DNA of 64,000 nt from the NCBI GenBank assembly GCA_964016885.1, contig OZ024743.1, forward strand, positions 271,746,001 through 271,810,000. The letters run 5' to 3'. This DNA is from Eledone cirrhosa (taxonomy: Eukaryota). The position numbers and the translations under genes are program-made. Positions 37,267 to 51,179 of this stretch are shown one piece after another. Under the pieces are notes generated by a model. The model was not told the origin of the DNA. It saw only the letters and a list, made by a program, of their open reading frames with translations, and did not search any database. Position 1 is the stretch's first letter, and each line of letters begins with the position of its first letter.

Positions 37267-39296
37267 GGGGGTGGATTGGCAGTATCGGTAGAGGGTCGGA
37301 CGCCATGCTTTCCAGCATAGTTACGTCCCTTTACGATCTGAGTTCAAATCCCGCCGAGGTTGACTTTGCCTTTCATCCTTACGGGGTCGATAAAATAAAG
37401 TACCAGTAATGCACTGGGTAATTGCTGGCCTTGTGTCAAAAGTAGAAACAATTATTTTTGCATAAGGACGGTGAATTGGCAGTATCGGTAGAGGGTCGGA
37501 CGCCATGCTTTGACGTATAGAGTTACGACCCTTGCCATTCTGAGTTCAAATCCCGCCGAGGTTAACTTTGCCTTTCATCCTTACGGGGTCGATAAAATAA
37601 AGTACCAGTAATGCACTGGGTAATTGCTGGCCTTGTGTCAAAAGTAGAAACAATTATTTTTGCATAAGGACGGTGGATTGGCAGTATCGGTAGAGGGTCA
37701 AATGCCATGCTTTCATCATCATCATCACCGTTTTACGTCCGTTCTTGCACGCTAGCATGGGTTAGACGGGTTGTCCTGTTGTGGGCAGTGTCTGGTCGGC
37801 TGACCATGCCTTGCTCATACAGGAACTGATTTGGCTTGATTTCTACAGCTGGATGCCTTTCCTAACACCAACTTCATTTACAGTGAGTGCTGGGTGCTAT
37901 TTCGTGGCGCCTACACGTCCACTTTACAGTGTGGGCTGGGTGCTTTTTTGCCGTGGCACCTCCACGACCACCTTGCAGTGGGAGGGTGTGGGGCCATATT
38001 GTCTATATGCTTCAGCTTGTACCCATGGAAGGTCGGGTACTCTGTATTACTGCGTGACGCCAGAGGTCACGGTCGTGTATCATCGCCTTTGAGAGGTGTA
38101 ATTGGGTAAGGTCAGCTTTTATCACCTCATCCCAGGTCATCTTGGGTCTCCCCACTCCGCGGTTTCCATCGACTTCTAGTGCTCTGCACCTTTTTATGCA
38201 GCTGTCATCCTTCATACGCATCACATGTCCATACCAACGCATCCGCCTCTCCTGCACACAGCATTTGATTCCTCTTATGCTCAGTCTCTCTCTCAATTCA
38301 TTTATGCTTTGTCGTTCGCGTATATTACTATTACACATCCATCGGAGCATGCAGGCTTCGTTTCTCTCTAATCTACGTAAGTCTTCCACCTTCAGCGCCC
38401 AGGTCTCACTACCATGTAACATTGCTGTTCGGATACACGTATCATACAGTTAAGTAGCAGAAGCTGTCTACTGTCTCTACAGAGCCCTCCCAGAGATTGG
38501 TGGTACTTATTTCCTGTGGCTGTTTGCTGCTTGCTGTCTCAGTACAGCTGCTGCATGTGAAGCCTACATTCTTAATTAAGCTTCCTGAGATCCCGCTACA
38601 TCTCTTGTGTAACTATTGTTTGCATTTGGGGTAGAGAATGGAGTTCCTACCTACACCTTTCCTATCCTGAGGGGATCTGGGTTCTGTTTTCTCGTCTACT
38701 TACAAGGACTTTAGTCTTTGTCATGTTGACTTTGAGACCCTTTCTTTCTAGTCCCTGCTTCCAAGTTTGGAATTTCTTCTCTTTTTCTACCATAGATTCA
38801 GCTATAAGTGCGAGGTCATCAGCATACAGGAGTTCTCATGGGCATCCGGTCTTAAACTCCTCCGTTATTGCCTGCAGGACTATGATGAACAGGAGAGGGC
38901 TAAGAACAGAGCCCTGGTGGACCCCAACCTGTACGCTAAATTCCTCGCTATACTCATTGCTAATCCTAACTTTGCTGACTGCTCCCCTATACATGGCTTG
39001 TACAGCTTTCACAAGCCATTCATCTACTCCTAGTTTTCTAAGAGCCCACCAGATTACAGCACGTGGAACTCTGTCAAAGGCTTTCTCGAGATCGACGAAT
39101 GCCAGGTAGAGTGGCTTACTTTTAGCTAGGTACTTTTCCTGTAACTGCTTTGTAGCATAGAATTACATCCCTTTACAGTCTGAGTTCAAATCCTGCCAAG
39201 GTTGACTTTGCCTTTCATCCTTATGGGGTCGATAAAATAAAGCACCAGTAATACACTGGGATAATTGCTGGCTTTATGCCAAAAGTAGAAACAATT
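37267..39296 (+). mobile_element. Three tandem SINE A copies; the third is split by an RTE
   Basis: Units 37267-37452, 37467-37654 and 37669-37713+39149-39296, each followed by attatttttgcataag. Confidence 0.9.
37714..39148 (-). mobile_element. 5'-truncated RTE copy with an internal deletion (~38450)
   Basis: ORF 38012..38422 is almost identical to the C-terminus of 27392..29266; tgcttt duplicated at both ends. Confidence 0.95.
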
Positions 39297-39719
39297 ATTT
39301 TTGCATAAGAAAGGATTGAGTGGCAGTTGGGTATGTTTTACGGTTTTCGGTAACGATCTGTAAAACAAAATGTTTCTCAGTTTCATCTTTTATGAGAATG
39401 TTATTGTAATCCTGAATGAGTTTGACACATCTTTCTGCAACATCATTCATAACAACTGTCTTCTCAAGTTTGTCAAGTCCACTTTTGTAACCAGGATCAT
39501 CCTTCCATGTTGAAGGGTCTTTGTCGATGAAATCGGTGCTGATAGAAAATTTCCTAAAGAAAGTTTTTGTACCAGGAGTTACAAATGACAAAAATTCGAT
39601 ATTTGTAAAGGAAGAAAAATCATTTTGGTGCAGAATGTACCTCTTCAGTTGATTTTTTTCTTCTTCTTCTTCACCTTTGTCAGCTTCCAGCATGACTTGA
39701 GCAATATTTGCCTTAACCT

Positions 39720-40040
39720 CTCCTTGCTCTCCTTTTCTCATTACTCTCCTTGCTCACCTTTTATTCTTGCTCTTCTTGCTCTTCTTTTCTCATTGCTCTC
39801 CTTGCTCTTCTTTTCCCCTTGCTCTCCTTTTCTCATCACTCTCCTTGCTCTCCTTTTATCCTTCCTCTCCTTGCTCTCCTATTCTCATTGCTCTCCTTTT
39901 CCCCTTGCTCTTGTTGCTCCTCTTTTCTCACTGCTCTCCTTGCTCTCCTTGCTCTCCCTTTATCGTTGCTCTCCTTTCTCTCCTTGCCCTCCTTTTCTCC
40001 TTACTCTCCTTTTCTCCTTGCTCTCCCTTTCTCCTTGTAT
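39720..40040. repeat. Pyrimidine-rich (CTCCTTG)-type low-complexity minisatellite
   Basis: Repeated ctctccttgct / ctccttttct units. Confidence 0.9.
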
Positions 40041-40777
40041 CTATGTACTTGTTTATATACAAATACAATGAGAAAAGTGGAATAAGGAGAAATATGAAAG
40101 CAAGAATAGTAAGGAGAGTATAGATATACATATCATATATATATATATATTAAAATAACAGATTAAAGTTTAAGCAAAGAAACGCTGCTTTCACCCTTAA
40201 TGGGATCTTCTGAAACTAAAAAAAAAAAAAATCAATCTCTGAACGCAAAAGTAAATATTTTGAAAAACATTGCGACCGAAGGAAAACAGGAAGACGATAC
40301 TTTGGTTCGTGAAGACATTCTCTGACAATGAATGGAAAAAAGCGAAGATAATACGTCATTATGTGGAGCAATGAGAACAATTACACGCAAAACCACGTTT
40401 ATGGTATAAATGGAGACATTAGACTAATATTCTATTTAGGAGACCGAATGATTCTCGGCTTCGGAGTTAAGAATAATGTTAATAAATTAGTTGAACGAAA
40501 ATGACAGAAGTTATTAAAATCCTAAAAGTAAAAATAATTAAATATATACATACACACATCTTGTTACTAAGAACAACATCAACAACAAAAAACAAAACAA
40601 ATATTACCAGGTAACTTAGTTTTACTTTTCGTTACCTCATCTTACAGTTCATTTTGCATTGTTTAGCCTTCTATCTCTTTCAATGTGATATATTATATAC
40701 AGACCCATTCTAGCGTGGAAAATGGACGTTAAACGATGATGATGATGATGAATGCTTCAAGCAAACTACATCGTTTT

Positions 40778-40842
<65 letters not shown>

Positions 40843-40940
40843 GATGATCATCATCACTACCGTTTAACGTCCATTTTCCATGCTTACCTGGGTCAGACGG
40901 GTCATCAATGTCGAGAGATAAGTCTGGCCAGAAATGGCCA

Positions 40941-40974
<34 letters not shown>

Positions 40975-42024
40975 GGGGGAAGAAGAAAAAGAATTGATTT
41001 CAGTATTAGACTGGTACTTTCTTTTATCGACCTCGAAAGATGAAAGACAAATTGACCTTAGAAGGATTAGCATTCAGAGAACCAGAATGAATACCATAAA
41101 ATAGTACAGCCAAATTTCTAATGACTCTGCCAATTTGCCTTATGAACTATCATACAAATAGATATTTTCATTTTAATAGAATAATGGTTTGCATAAGAAG
41201 AACACCATAGTTTATGTTGATTACTAACATCACATGATTAAGTGTTTCAGTAACTTTGGAGAAATAACTATTTACAGTGTAGGTGGTGGTATCAATGGTT
41301 GTGGTGGTGCTGGGGATATTGATTGTCATAGTAACTCAATGATGTTGATAATAATGTAAAATATATAGGTAGATTAATAAGTAACAATTCACTGATGCAA
41401 TACACTTATAAAGATGTAAATATGCACCCTAACTTAAAAAGTCTCCAAGACTACAACCATTCGCGGTATCTTCTAGTGTAGATCCAATATAAAGAACCAT
41501 TTAAGTATTAACATCATTTATAAATTTGACAATGAGATAACTTTGTTGTTATATAATAGATTTGTGATCAAATCTATTATATAGTGTGGTCGATTGGCAG
41601 TATCAATAGAGCATCGGACACCATGCTTTGTGGCATAGAGTTATGTCCTTTTATGTTCTGAGTTCAAATCCCACCGAGGTTAGCTTTGCCTTTCACCCTT
41701 ACAGGGTTGATAAATAATGTACCAGTAATGACTGGGGTTGATTTAATCACCCCCCCCCCTCCCTAAAATTGCTGGCCTTATACCTGAAGTAGAAACAATT
41801 ATATAATAGATTTTATATATATATATATATAACCAAAGATTAATATGGTTCATTGATTACTTCCAATACTGGAATTGAACCATCAAGACCGTTGAGGTAT
41901 GTCATACATCAATTCATGTATTTTATCTGACGAGGACATACTGAAAAAACAGCACAGTACCTTTGAAATATATATAATAAAACATATTTTGATTATGTGA
42001 ATGTCTTCATTTATTAATATTCTG

Positions 42025-42100
<76 letters not shown>

Positions 42101-42330
42101 GGAAAAAATGAAACAAAATTTCATTTCTCACTCTCAGTACGGCTGTTACTTAAATATAAGTATGAATACGTACATACATATATGTATACAGACGTACAGT
42201 AGTATGTATATATATATACATACATGCACACATATATATATGTATGTACATATATATATGTGTGCATGTATGTATATATATATACATACTACTGTACGTC
42301 TGTATACATATATGTATGTACGTATACATA

Positions 42331-42410
<80 letters not shown>

Positions 42411-42453
42411 GAAAGGTATAGAAATTGTTGTAGCGAGAAGCTAACAGTATTCC

Positions 42454-42500
<47 letters not shown>

Positions 42501-42639
42501 TTTTATATATATATATATACAGTTTTAAAACAAGAAAGCATATAGTCGAAAATAATGGTTTCTAACATAGGCACAAAACCGGAAATATGTGAGGAGGGGA
42601 TACTTGATTTCATTGACTCCAGTACTTGACTGGTACTCT

Positions 42640-43083
42640 ATCCGCAGCGCTCCATGCTACACCCAGACATCTCTCCTCGCTGACCTCGATACTTGTATCC
42701 GAGCAGCAGCCGAGGGGATATGCAACGTCAAGTTTGATGACATAGGGTGGCAACAGGCCACTTTACCGGTCAGGTATGGCGGCCTAGGCCTCCGGTCCCC
42801 GATCTCACTAGCTTTGCCGGTGTATCTTTTGTCGGTAACCTCGTGCCGCATCCTCGTCAGCAGGGTTCTTCAAAACACGTGAGGTCACCTGTGTGACATG
42901 GGACTGGCTGGGACTTAGCCCAGTAGACGTCCCTCCTCCTTCTCCCCCTGTTGACGTCAAGTCCCCCCAACGCACTTGGGATGCCATCCAGTGCAGCCTG
43001 GCCTCAGACAGGCTCACGCGCCAGCTCGACCAGCACCACCTTGCTTGTTTTCGTGCGGCCTCCAAACCCCACAGTGGTGCCTC
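42640..43083 (+). mobile_element. CRE-clade non-LTR retrotransposon internal fragment inserted in a SINE A copy
   Basis: WQQATLPVRYGGLGLRS and ACFRAASKPHSGA motifs; SINE halves at ~42555-42639 and 43084-43180. Confidence 0.75.
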
Positions 43084-44524
43084 TGTTACTTTATTTATCA
43101 ACCACAAAAGGCTGAAAGATAAAGAGGACATCAGTAAGATTTGAACTCAGAGCACAGACAGCCGGAATAAATACCAAGTCATTTAATCCAAAACTCAAAA
43201 TCAGGATGAAATCTGAAATCTGAAGACGAACCTGAGTCAGCAACAATTACTCCACTAAAGCTCTGGTCAAGGACTATGAGAGGGGGATCCAGCTGGTACT
43301 TTGTTCTGGGGCACAAGAGCTAAGAAGGCCCCACAGCAACATCCATTTTGGGAAAAGATTTTGCCTGCTTCAAGCCCCAAAGAGGTCTTGTACCCCCTTG
43401 CAAAATTTCTCTTGGAGGCCCTGGCTCTGCTAAATAAAGGGCAATAACCTGCCATGTGAGATTGTTGATTTATCTCAGCAACAGGATTTATTGAACTCTC
43501 ATCATCATCTTCGTCATCATCATTTAACGTCGATCTGTATGATACAGTTAGTCAGCCAACAAGAGAATCCCTACACAGTCACTTCACCTATTAGAAGTAT
43601 CAGCCAAACATTGAATAATGTAGTCTCTAAAGAACAGCCATAAAGTTAGGATTGAAATAAAGAAAACCTAGACAATATAAGTTACTAATTTTCTATAATA
43701 ATTCCATTCACTCCAATTTGGGTTATAGAAATATTAAATCAACCTAGTACTTGTCTGGTACTTTATTAACCTTTCAAGAACAGGAGGAAAAGTTGACCTC
43801 AGCTGGATTTGAACTCAGAATGTTAAGCATCATAACTAAATATTACAGGCATTTTGTCCAATGCTCTAATAATTCTGCTGATCCACCATAATATATTGAC
43901 CAAGCTAGCTTTGTATAAATATAGTTGTCTATCTTTGTAGACTATTGAGATTGTGAAGCCTTCATGTCAGTCTTCAGGTAACCAAAAATAGCAATTGAAG
44001 AGAATCAAAACAATATTGCAGGATTGACTTCTTAGGAGCTAATGTATATGCATGGACTCATAACTGGTGGAATTGTAGGGGTGTCGTAGTCAGAAAAGGC
44101 AATTTCTTATGCCTAACAACTATTGTAAGTCTTTAATGCCATTAAACATACACCAAGATTGTTTCAAAAGCTATGAAAAGGTTTTTGAAGTAAAATCTAC
44201 TTTTATTATGTTCACTTTGTATTTGGAATATTGAATTTCACAAGAGACAAGTGGAGGGATGCTGTACTGGAAAGAACTTGAACAATCCATACAAGCATGG
44301 AAAGACAGGCGTAAAAAAATGATGTTGATTCGGGCATGTTGCTGTCAAAGATCTGCAATCAGCTTTGCTTGATGGGGTTTATAGCATAAGCATAGATGAT
44401 AGGAGTAAGAACCCTATCATTAAAACACCCAAGAAACCTTCTACACAATGTAACCTTGTAGGAGGCTTACTAAACCTACTTAGGTGTCAGTTGTAAAAAC
44501 AACACAGTTTTGTCAAAAACATGT

Positions 44525-45185
44525 ACATCCATTTTCCATGCTGGCATGGGTTGGACTGGTTACCATGGGTTGAGTTAAAAAATGGTGGTCAGAGAACCAT
44601 ATCTTGCTTCTTATACATTCCATATTTGGCATCGTTTCTATGGTTGGATGCCCTTTTTAATGCCCAATCACCTTATATAGTGTACTGGGTGCATTTTATT
44701 GTGGCACCAGTAATACCATTTCAAAAAGTGTATTGGGTGCATTTTATTGCAGCAGCAGCACTATTGGTGCTTTTACTTGTAACACTATCAGTAAAACTTT
44801 ATGCTAAAAAGCTCTCAGTCCACCCTAAAAAGTGTTAGTGGCTGGACTCATGATAAAAGGTTCTCAGTCCACACTATAAAGTCATTGGCATTGGGAAGGG
44901 CATTCAGCTGTAGAAACCAAATCAAAAATGGTGCATATAACCTCCTTACTGGGTGCTGTTTTTATTATTGCACAGCACAACTATCTTACAGGGTGGATTG
45001 AGTGTTTTTGTCGTAATACTGCTATGAGTACTTTACAGGGTGGACTGAGTGTTTTTTGCTGTGGTACCACTATGACCACTTTACAGGGTTCACTGTGTGC
45101 ATTTTTGTTTTGGCACCCATACGTCCACTTTACAGGGTGGACTGGGTGTCTTTTGTCATGGCACATGTATGACCACTTTATAAGA
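44525..45185 (-). repeat. RTE 3' UTR remnants with expanded ~38-bp minisatellite
   Basis: Repeated ccactttacagggtggactg.gtgttttt units. Confidence 0.7.
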
Positions 45186-46559
45186 TAGAATGTTATTGTT
45201 TCTCATGTCAAAGAAAACATTCGAGGGGTTGGTATTTATATCCTTCAATGAATAGTTAGTTTGTCATAAAAATTTTTTTTAAATACTAGAATAGAAAGCT
45301 AGCATGGAAGATGGATGTTAAACGATGATGATGGTAATTGTTTCAACTTTTGGCACAAAGCCAGCAATTACCCCAGTGTATTACTGGTACTTTATTTTAT
45401 CGACCCCATAAGGATGAAAGGCAAAGTTAACCTCGGCGGGATTTGAACTCAGATAATTAAGGACCATAACTCTATGCTGCAAAGCATGGTGTCCAACCCT
45501 CTACCGATACTGCCAATCCAACGATGATGATGATAATTATGATGAAAGTGGAGCAGAAAAATCTATGTTGTTTAATTCCAAAACAACTCTGATCAAACAG
45601 ATCTTCAATTGAAACCATGGCCATCCCACTTTTTCCTTATGATTACAGACACACCAATCTCCAGAGACACTTTATAAATGTTGTAACACCTTCTGTTGTG
45701 GTGTGCTCATTAAAGCACTGTTTTACATTGATTTCTACACGCTTGTTTAACTAGGACTGTTTTGAACTGATGCACTTGTATTTAGAAATCTATACACTCT
45801 TACTACAAACCACTAACTTGTTCAACCCTGAAATAAGTTTTTTATTTGTTTGTTATTCATTGTATTTCTGCTTGTTTTTCCATGCTAACCCAAGTTAAAC
45901 AAATAGGCTGGAGCTTATCCCAATTTCATTTCGCCTTAACACTTTAGCATTTACATTACTCTATGTTTACTATTGTATATTGTGCTAAAGGCTTTACCTC
46001 ACATAATTATCTCACAGAATATCGAACCTATGAGATTTTGATATTATTTATTTTGAGAACAATACCTTAACATCAGTATGAGTGACTAGTTATGGCCGGT
46101 TTGGACAGAAAGAGATGAGCTGGATATGGCTGGTTTAAAGGCTAAAGGGTTAAGTAACTAAAAGTACAAGGATACAGGGGTTGATATAATCCACTTTCCC
46201 CCTCGCTATAAATTATTAATCTAGTGCCAAATTAAGAATTCATTATTATTTGTCCCTTTCGTCTGTATGGTACATGTGTACCCCAACATGATTTAAATCT
46301 TCATATTATATTTTATATGTAATCCTGTGGGACCAATGTGGGTTGGCAGTCTCAGTAGAGGGTCGGACGCCATGCTTTGCAGCATAGAGTTACAGCCCTT
46401 TACGGTCTCAGTTCAAATCACTCCGAGGTTAACTTTGCCTTTCATCCTTATGGGGTCGATAAAATAAAGTACCAGTAATGCACTAGGATAATTGCTGGCC
46501 TTGTGCCAAAAGTAGAAACAATTATTATTGTTATCGCTCTATCATGCAGTGCAGATGGA

Positions 46560-49500
46560 TAATGCACCATGGTATTTAGTCCTCTGTTAAGTTGCAACAA
46601 TGACCTCAGAAAATCTGCACAATGCCTAGCAAAGCCACCTTTTGTATGACACCAATTTGCATGGTATTTCCAATCACTTTAAGAAGTCTTGAAGTTTCAA
46701 TGAGATTGACCCTAATGCCCTGATCACAACTGGTATCACTTTCACATTACCCTCTTGCATTCCAAATAGTCTTGCCAGCCTCACTTTCAATTCAGAGTAC
46801 TTGGTGATCTTTTCAATCTCCCAACTCACAATATTCATGTCATTTGGTATGGCCTCGTTGATGATCTGGCCGTATATGTTTTTCTTATTCAACAACGTCC
46901 AGTCAATGATGCTTAATTATTCTATCAGTTTGAAAATCATAATCCCAGAATATCGTTGTTTTTCCATCTTCGTGCATTACTTTACAAGGCACACACTCAT
47001 ACCAATTCTCTATGACTTCATATTGGTATTTATGACACAGAAACCAATGAAGGTATAAACAGACTTTATCATAATAGTGCTTGTATTTATTTTGTACAAG
47101 GCTCTCACATCCACTTACTAAGTGGCTCACATATTCCACATTCTTCCCACAGAGCCTGCATTTCTGTGTGTCAGAAGTTTTGTAGTTTGTAGTTTATACT
47201 TCACCGAATAGGTAGCAAGAGCTTCAGTAGTACACATCAAATCGTTTGCTTAAGCCATATCCATGATGTTGTTTTATCCTTGATATCCTGTGTATTTCTC
47301 TCAAACTGCCTATGCATTCTTATTCCTAGATCTCTTTTTCTTTTCTCTTCTGCTCTTTGGTTAAACTCTTTCTTTCCAACCATTTCATCTACATTTATAC
47401 CCATATCTTCTGTTGTATATTTCAACAACTCATCGTCCTTGTTTATCAAATATTCTGCAAGTGTTCTCCTTTCACTCTTTATACAATGATCCACACTGAT
47501 AAGGCCTCTGCCACTATTCTTTCTCTTCATGTACAATCTGTTAATATTTGCTTTAGGGTGTAAAGCTCTGTACAATGACATTAATTTTCCTGTCTTTCTA
47601 TCTAATTTTGCTATTTCTTCTTCAGTCCACCTGAGAATGGAAGCACTATATCTAATTACTGCAACTGTCCATATATTCATTGCAGTGGACAGATTTTTCG
47701 CATTCAAGTTGGATTTTAAAATCATTTTGCACTTTTTAAATATCTCTCTCTAACCTTTCTTTTTCATTTTTTCATGCAGAATATCATCTAGTTCTAAGAT
47801 CCCCAAATATTTCTAGCCACTATCTTTTGATTCTCCCATAGGTTTTCCCGATGGCAGTCGTAATCAACTACAGGCTGCTTTCTTCCCTCTTTTCATGTTA
47901 AGTACAGAGCATTTGGAAATCCCAAATTCCATACCAATATACCAATGTGACTGCTACATATTTGGACTGTTTTAACCAATAAGTCTATTTGGTTTTCAGA
48001 TTTCCAAAACAGTTTCAGGTCAACCATAAACAGAAGGTGGTTTATAATTGACCTTTGCTTTCCAAATTGCAAGCCCATTTTTATTTTTCTGGCTGTGAGT
48101 GTCAGTTATCAGTGCTTTATAGTTGTTTCTACTTTTGGCACAAGGCCAGCAATTACCCAGTACATTACTGGTACTTTATTTTATCAACCCAGTAAGGATG
48201 AAAGGAAAAGTTAACCTGTAATAGTGAGAATGGGTCCCTTTTGAAAATACCTCTTTTAATTTCTAATTCTAAAGATGTTGCTTGAGTATAATTTAGTTTT
48301 CCACTCTGGCATATTATTCAGCAGAAACTTTGTGATATTGTCAGCAATACCAAACATTTGCAGGCATTCACCAATTCAAGAATGGGGCACCATATCATAT
48401 GCTTTCTTAAAGTCAATCCCTGTCATAGACATGTTTGTGTGATGTTTCTTACAATGCCTCAAAACTGTCTTATCAATAACCAGGTGGTCCTTGGTACCCT
48501 GGGACTTCTTCCTACATAATTTTTGTCCCCTTGGACAGAAGTGTATATGTCTTCCCTGCAAATATCCCATATTATGTTTAGGCATGCTATAGGGCAATTG
48601 TTTACCACAGCATTCCCTTTACTTCTATCTTTTATCACAAGCGTTGATCTCCCTGTAACCATCCAGGTGGGGACTGCACCTCTCTGAACACATTCATTCA
48701 ATTGTGTTGCCAGTCATTCATGTATTGCACTGCACCTATCTAACCAAAAACCATGAATCCCATCTGGTCCAGGGATTTTCCAGTTTAGTATCTTGGCTAC
48801 TTGATCCTTTACATTACTTATGCTTATGGTCATATCTTTTTGCATAATTCCTCCTCACATTTCTGTCTTGATGGCATCTATCCATGGCCCCCTTTCCATG
48901 CCTTATACTGTCTCCCCATATCCCATTCCAGAACTCCTTGGCCTTATCAGCATTAGGGATAGCATCCTTCCCATTCCCATTGTTTCTCCCCAAAGAATTG
49001 TTTTGGAACAATCTATTCTCATCAAGCTGTTTATTTCTATTTACATATCTCCTTATCTTCTGGCTTTTCGAGAGAATCCTCTGTTTTAGCTGTTCTATTA
49101 CTGTATAGAATCCATTCTTCTGTATGTTATATGTCTTGTCTACTGCTTCTCAATCGACTTTTTTCCCATTTTTCTACTTTCCTCTAAACCATTGCTCAAT
49201 TATACTTAGTTCCAGCCATAATCGCATTATGGCATTTTCAATGCATCTTTTCAACCATAGTTCTTTTGTTTTACTCTGCTAAAAACTTGTCAGTCGCACT
49301 TGTTCCTCTACAAGCAGTACAACAGCTCAGATGAGGTTCTTAGTTTGCATTATGTCTTCTGTCTGGATGTGTTGTATGACAGCATTTATCATTTTTGTAG
49401 TTTCAATTATCATTCTTCTATATACTCTTCTCATATCCTGGGATTCTTTCTTTTGGGGCATTCATCAAATCCATAAGCCGTCTATGTAACTCAAGTGACT

Positions 49501-50085
49501 CATCATCCCGGTGACTCCCTCCTCTTGCATCATCATTCTCATGTTCAGCCATATCAGTGTTCAATGAATAACATTCCTCTTCACCAGCTCTAACATTCCC
49601 ATCACAATCTCCCTGCTCCTGATGCCCTTTTTTCTCTCTACCATCAACTGTAGAGACAGCTTCAGCTTCTGCTTTAACTTCCCTTTGTTGTTCATCTACA
49701 AATTCCTTTAAGCTTTCACTAATCCAAGATATTTCTACCTCAGTTAACCACCCCTTCCTCCTAATCACCCTCACTTGATTCATTAGTTTACTTTCAGTCA
49801 GCTCAAACATACTCTTTTTCATCCAAAAGTCCAGAGTGCATCGTCCTACTCCACAACTTCCTTCCATTTTCCCTCTTTCATGAAATTCAATCAGTGTAGC
49901 ATACTATTCCTTCATCCAATTGTGTCTAGCTGTGCACACATTCTGTGTGTGATATATTGCTTGTAACGACTGTCTGGAGCCAGATCACTTCTCCTGTCTC
50001 TGGGGGATCCAAACATACTGGGCGACGGACCTTCACCGTGATTGGTTCTGTCTCTATATAACCTGCCTCGCCAGGCTAAAGCATG
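46560..50085 (-). mobile_element. Degraded near-full-length R4/Dong-like retrotransposon, with a SINE fragment inserted at ~48120-48218
   Basis: IDFKKAYDMVPHS, HLLFMVDLKLF, LYMKRKNSGRGL, HLVSGC..LHWFLC, IFWDYDFQTD, EKITKY..VIPVVIRALG across ORFs 46674..49867. Confidence 0.9.
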
Positions 50086-50269
50086 TCTTTATCATTATCA
50101 TTAATAACACCATCGCAATAACTGTCATCACCACCATCATTATTATCAGTACTATCATTATTATCATCATCACTATCATTATCACTGTCACTACCATCAC
50201 TGTTACCACCACTACTGTAGTTGTGGTCCTATTGTTGTTGTGGCATTGTTAATTACAACAACAATAACA

Positions 50270-50975
50270 ATTGTTATTATTATTATTATTAAATCCCGCA
50301 GAGGTTAACTTTGCCTTTCATCCTTACGGGGTCGATAAAATAAAGTACCAGTAATGCACTGGGTAATTGCTGGCCTTGTGCCAAAAGTAGAAACATTATT
50401 ATTATTATCATTATTATCATAGGGCGGTGGATTGGCAGTATCGGTAGAGAGTCGGACACCATGCTTTGAAGCATAGAGTTACGTCCCTTTATGATCTGAG
50501 TTCAAATCCCGCTGAGGTTAACTTTGCCTTTCATCCTTACGGGGTCGATAAAATAAAGTACCAGTAATGTACTGGGTAATTGCTGGCCTTGTGCCAAAAG
50601 TAGAAAGAATTATTATTATTATCATTATTATTATTATTATTTATTGTAAGGATGAGAACTGAGAATGTAAAAGGCTGTAATTCATGACATAGAGTTACGG
50701 CCCTTTGTGTTCTCAGTTCAAATCCCGTCTGAGGTTAGCTTTGCATTTCATCCTTACAGGGTCGATCAATAAAGCTCCAGTAATGTACTGGGATCGATTT
50801 AAACGACTTTCCCCTCCCATTCAAATTGCTGGCCTTGTGCCTAAAGTCGAAACAATTATTATTATTATTATTATTATTACTATTATTATTATTATTATTA
50901 TTAGTAGTAGTAGTAGTATTAGTATTAGTAGTAGTAGTAGTAGTAGCAGCAGCAGCAGCAGCAGCAGCAGCTGTA
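50270..50975 (+). mobile_element. Cluster of three SINE A copies within (ATT)n
   Basis: Units ~50290-50395, 50421-50610 and 50685-50856, each ending in (ATT)n. Confidence 0.9.
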
Positions 50976-51179
50976 GCTGCAGCATAAGTCGTAGTATTCT
51001 ACTTGAGTTGTGGCTATTGCTGGTATGGAGGTGATGTTGTTGTTTGTGTTGTTGCTGTCAAGACTTTGGTGGTGTTTTTGTGCCTTTGAAAGTTGTTACT
51101 TATTTTAAAAGCTATGGTGTTGATGTAATGGTGGTACGGGCTGGTACTGTCATGAAATTTTATGTTGAGAGTGAACAGT

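Larger units (their letters stand above)
36790..39720 (-). mobile_element. hAT-superfamily (hATm-like) DNA transposon 3' part, interrupted by nested SINEs and an RTE
   Basis: Terminus TAGGGTGG at 36790; ORF 39295..39741 has VVMNDVAERCVKLIQDYNNILIKDETEKHFVLQIVTENRK, like the C-terminus of hAT-type transposases. Confidence 0.65.

Noticed and set aside
37267-37350. tRNA-like A/B boxes
   Set aside because: SINE heads with no complete cloverleaf; not tRNA genes
39625-40131. Leu/Ser-rich membrane-protein-like ORFs
   Set aside because: Translation of a CTCCTTG minisatellite
41920-41955. CTGACGA-ggacatact-GAAA hammerhead-like core
   Set aside because: No stem I, stem III or NUH; likely chance (the minus strand looks more like a splice acceptor)
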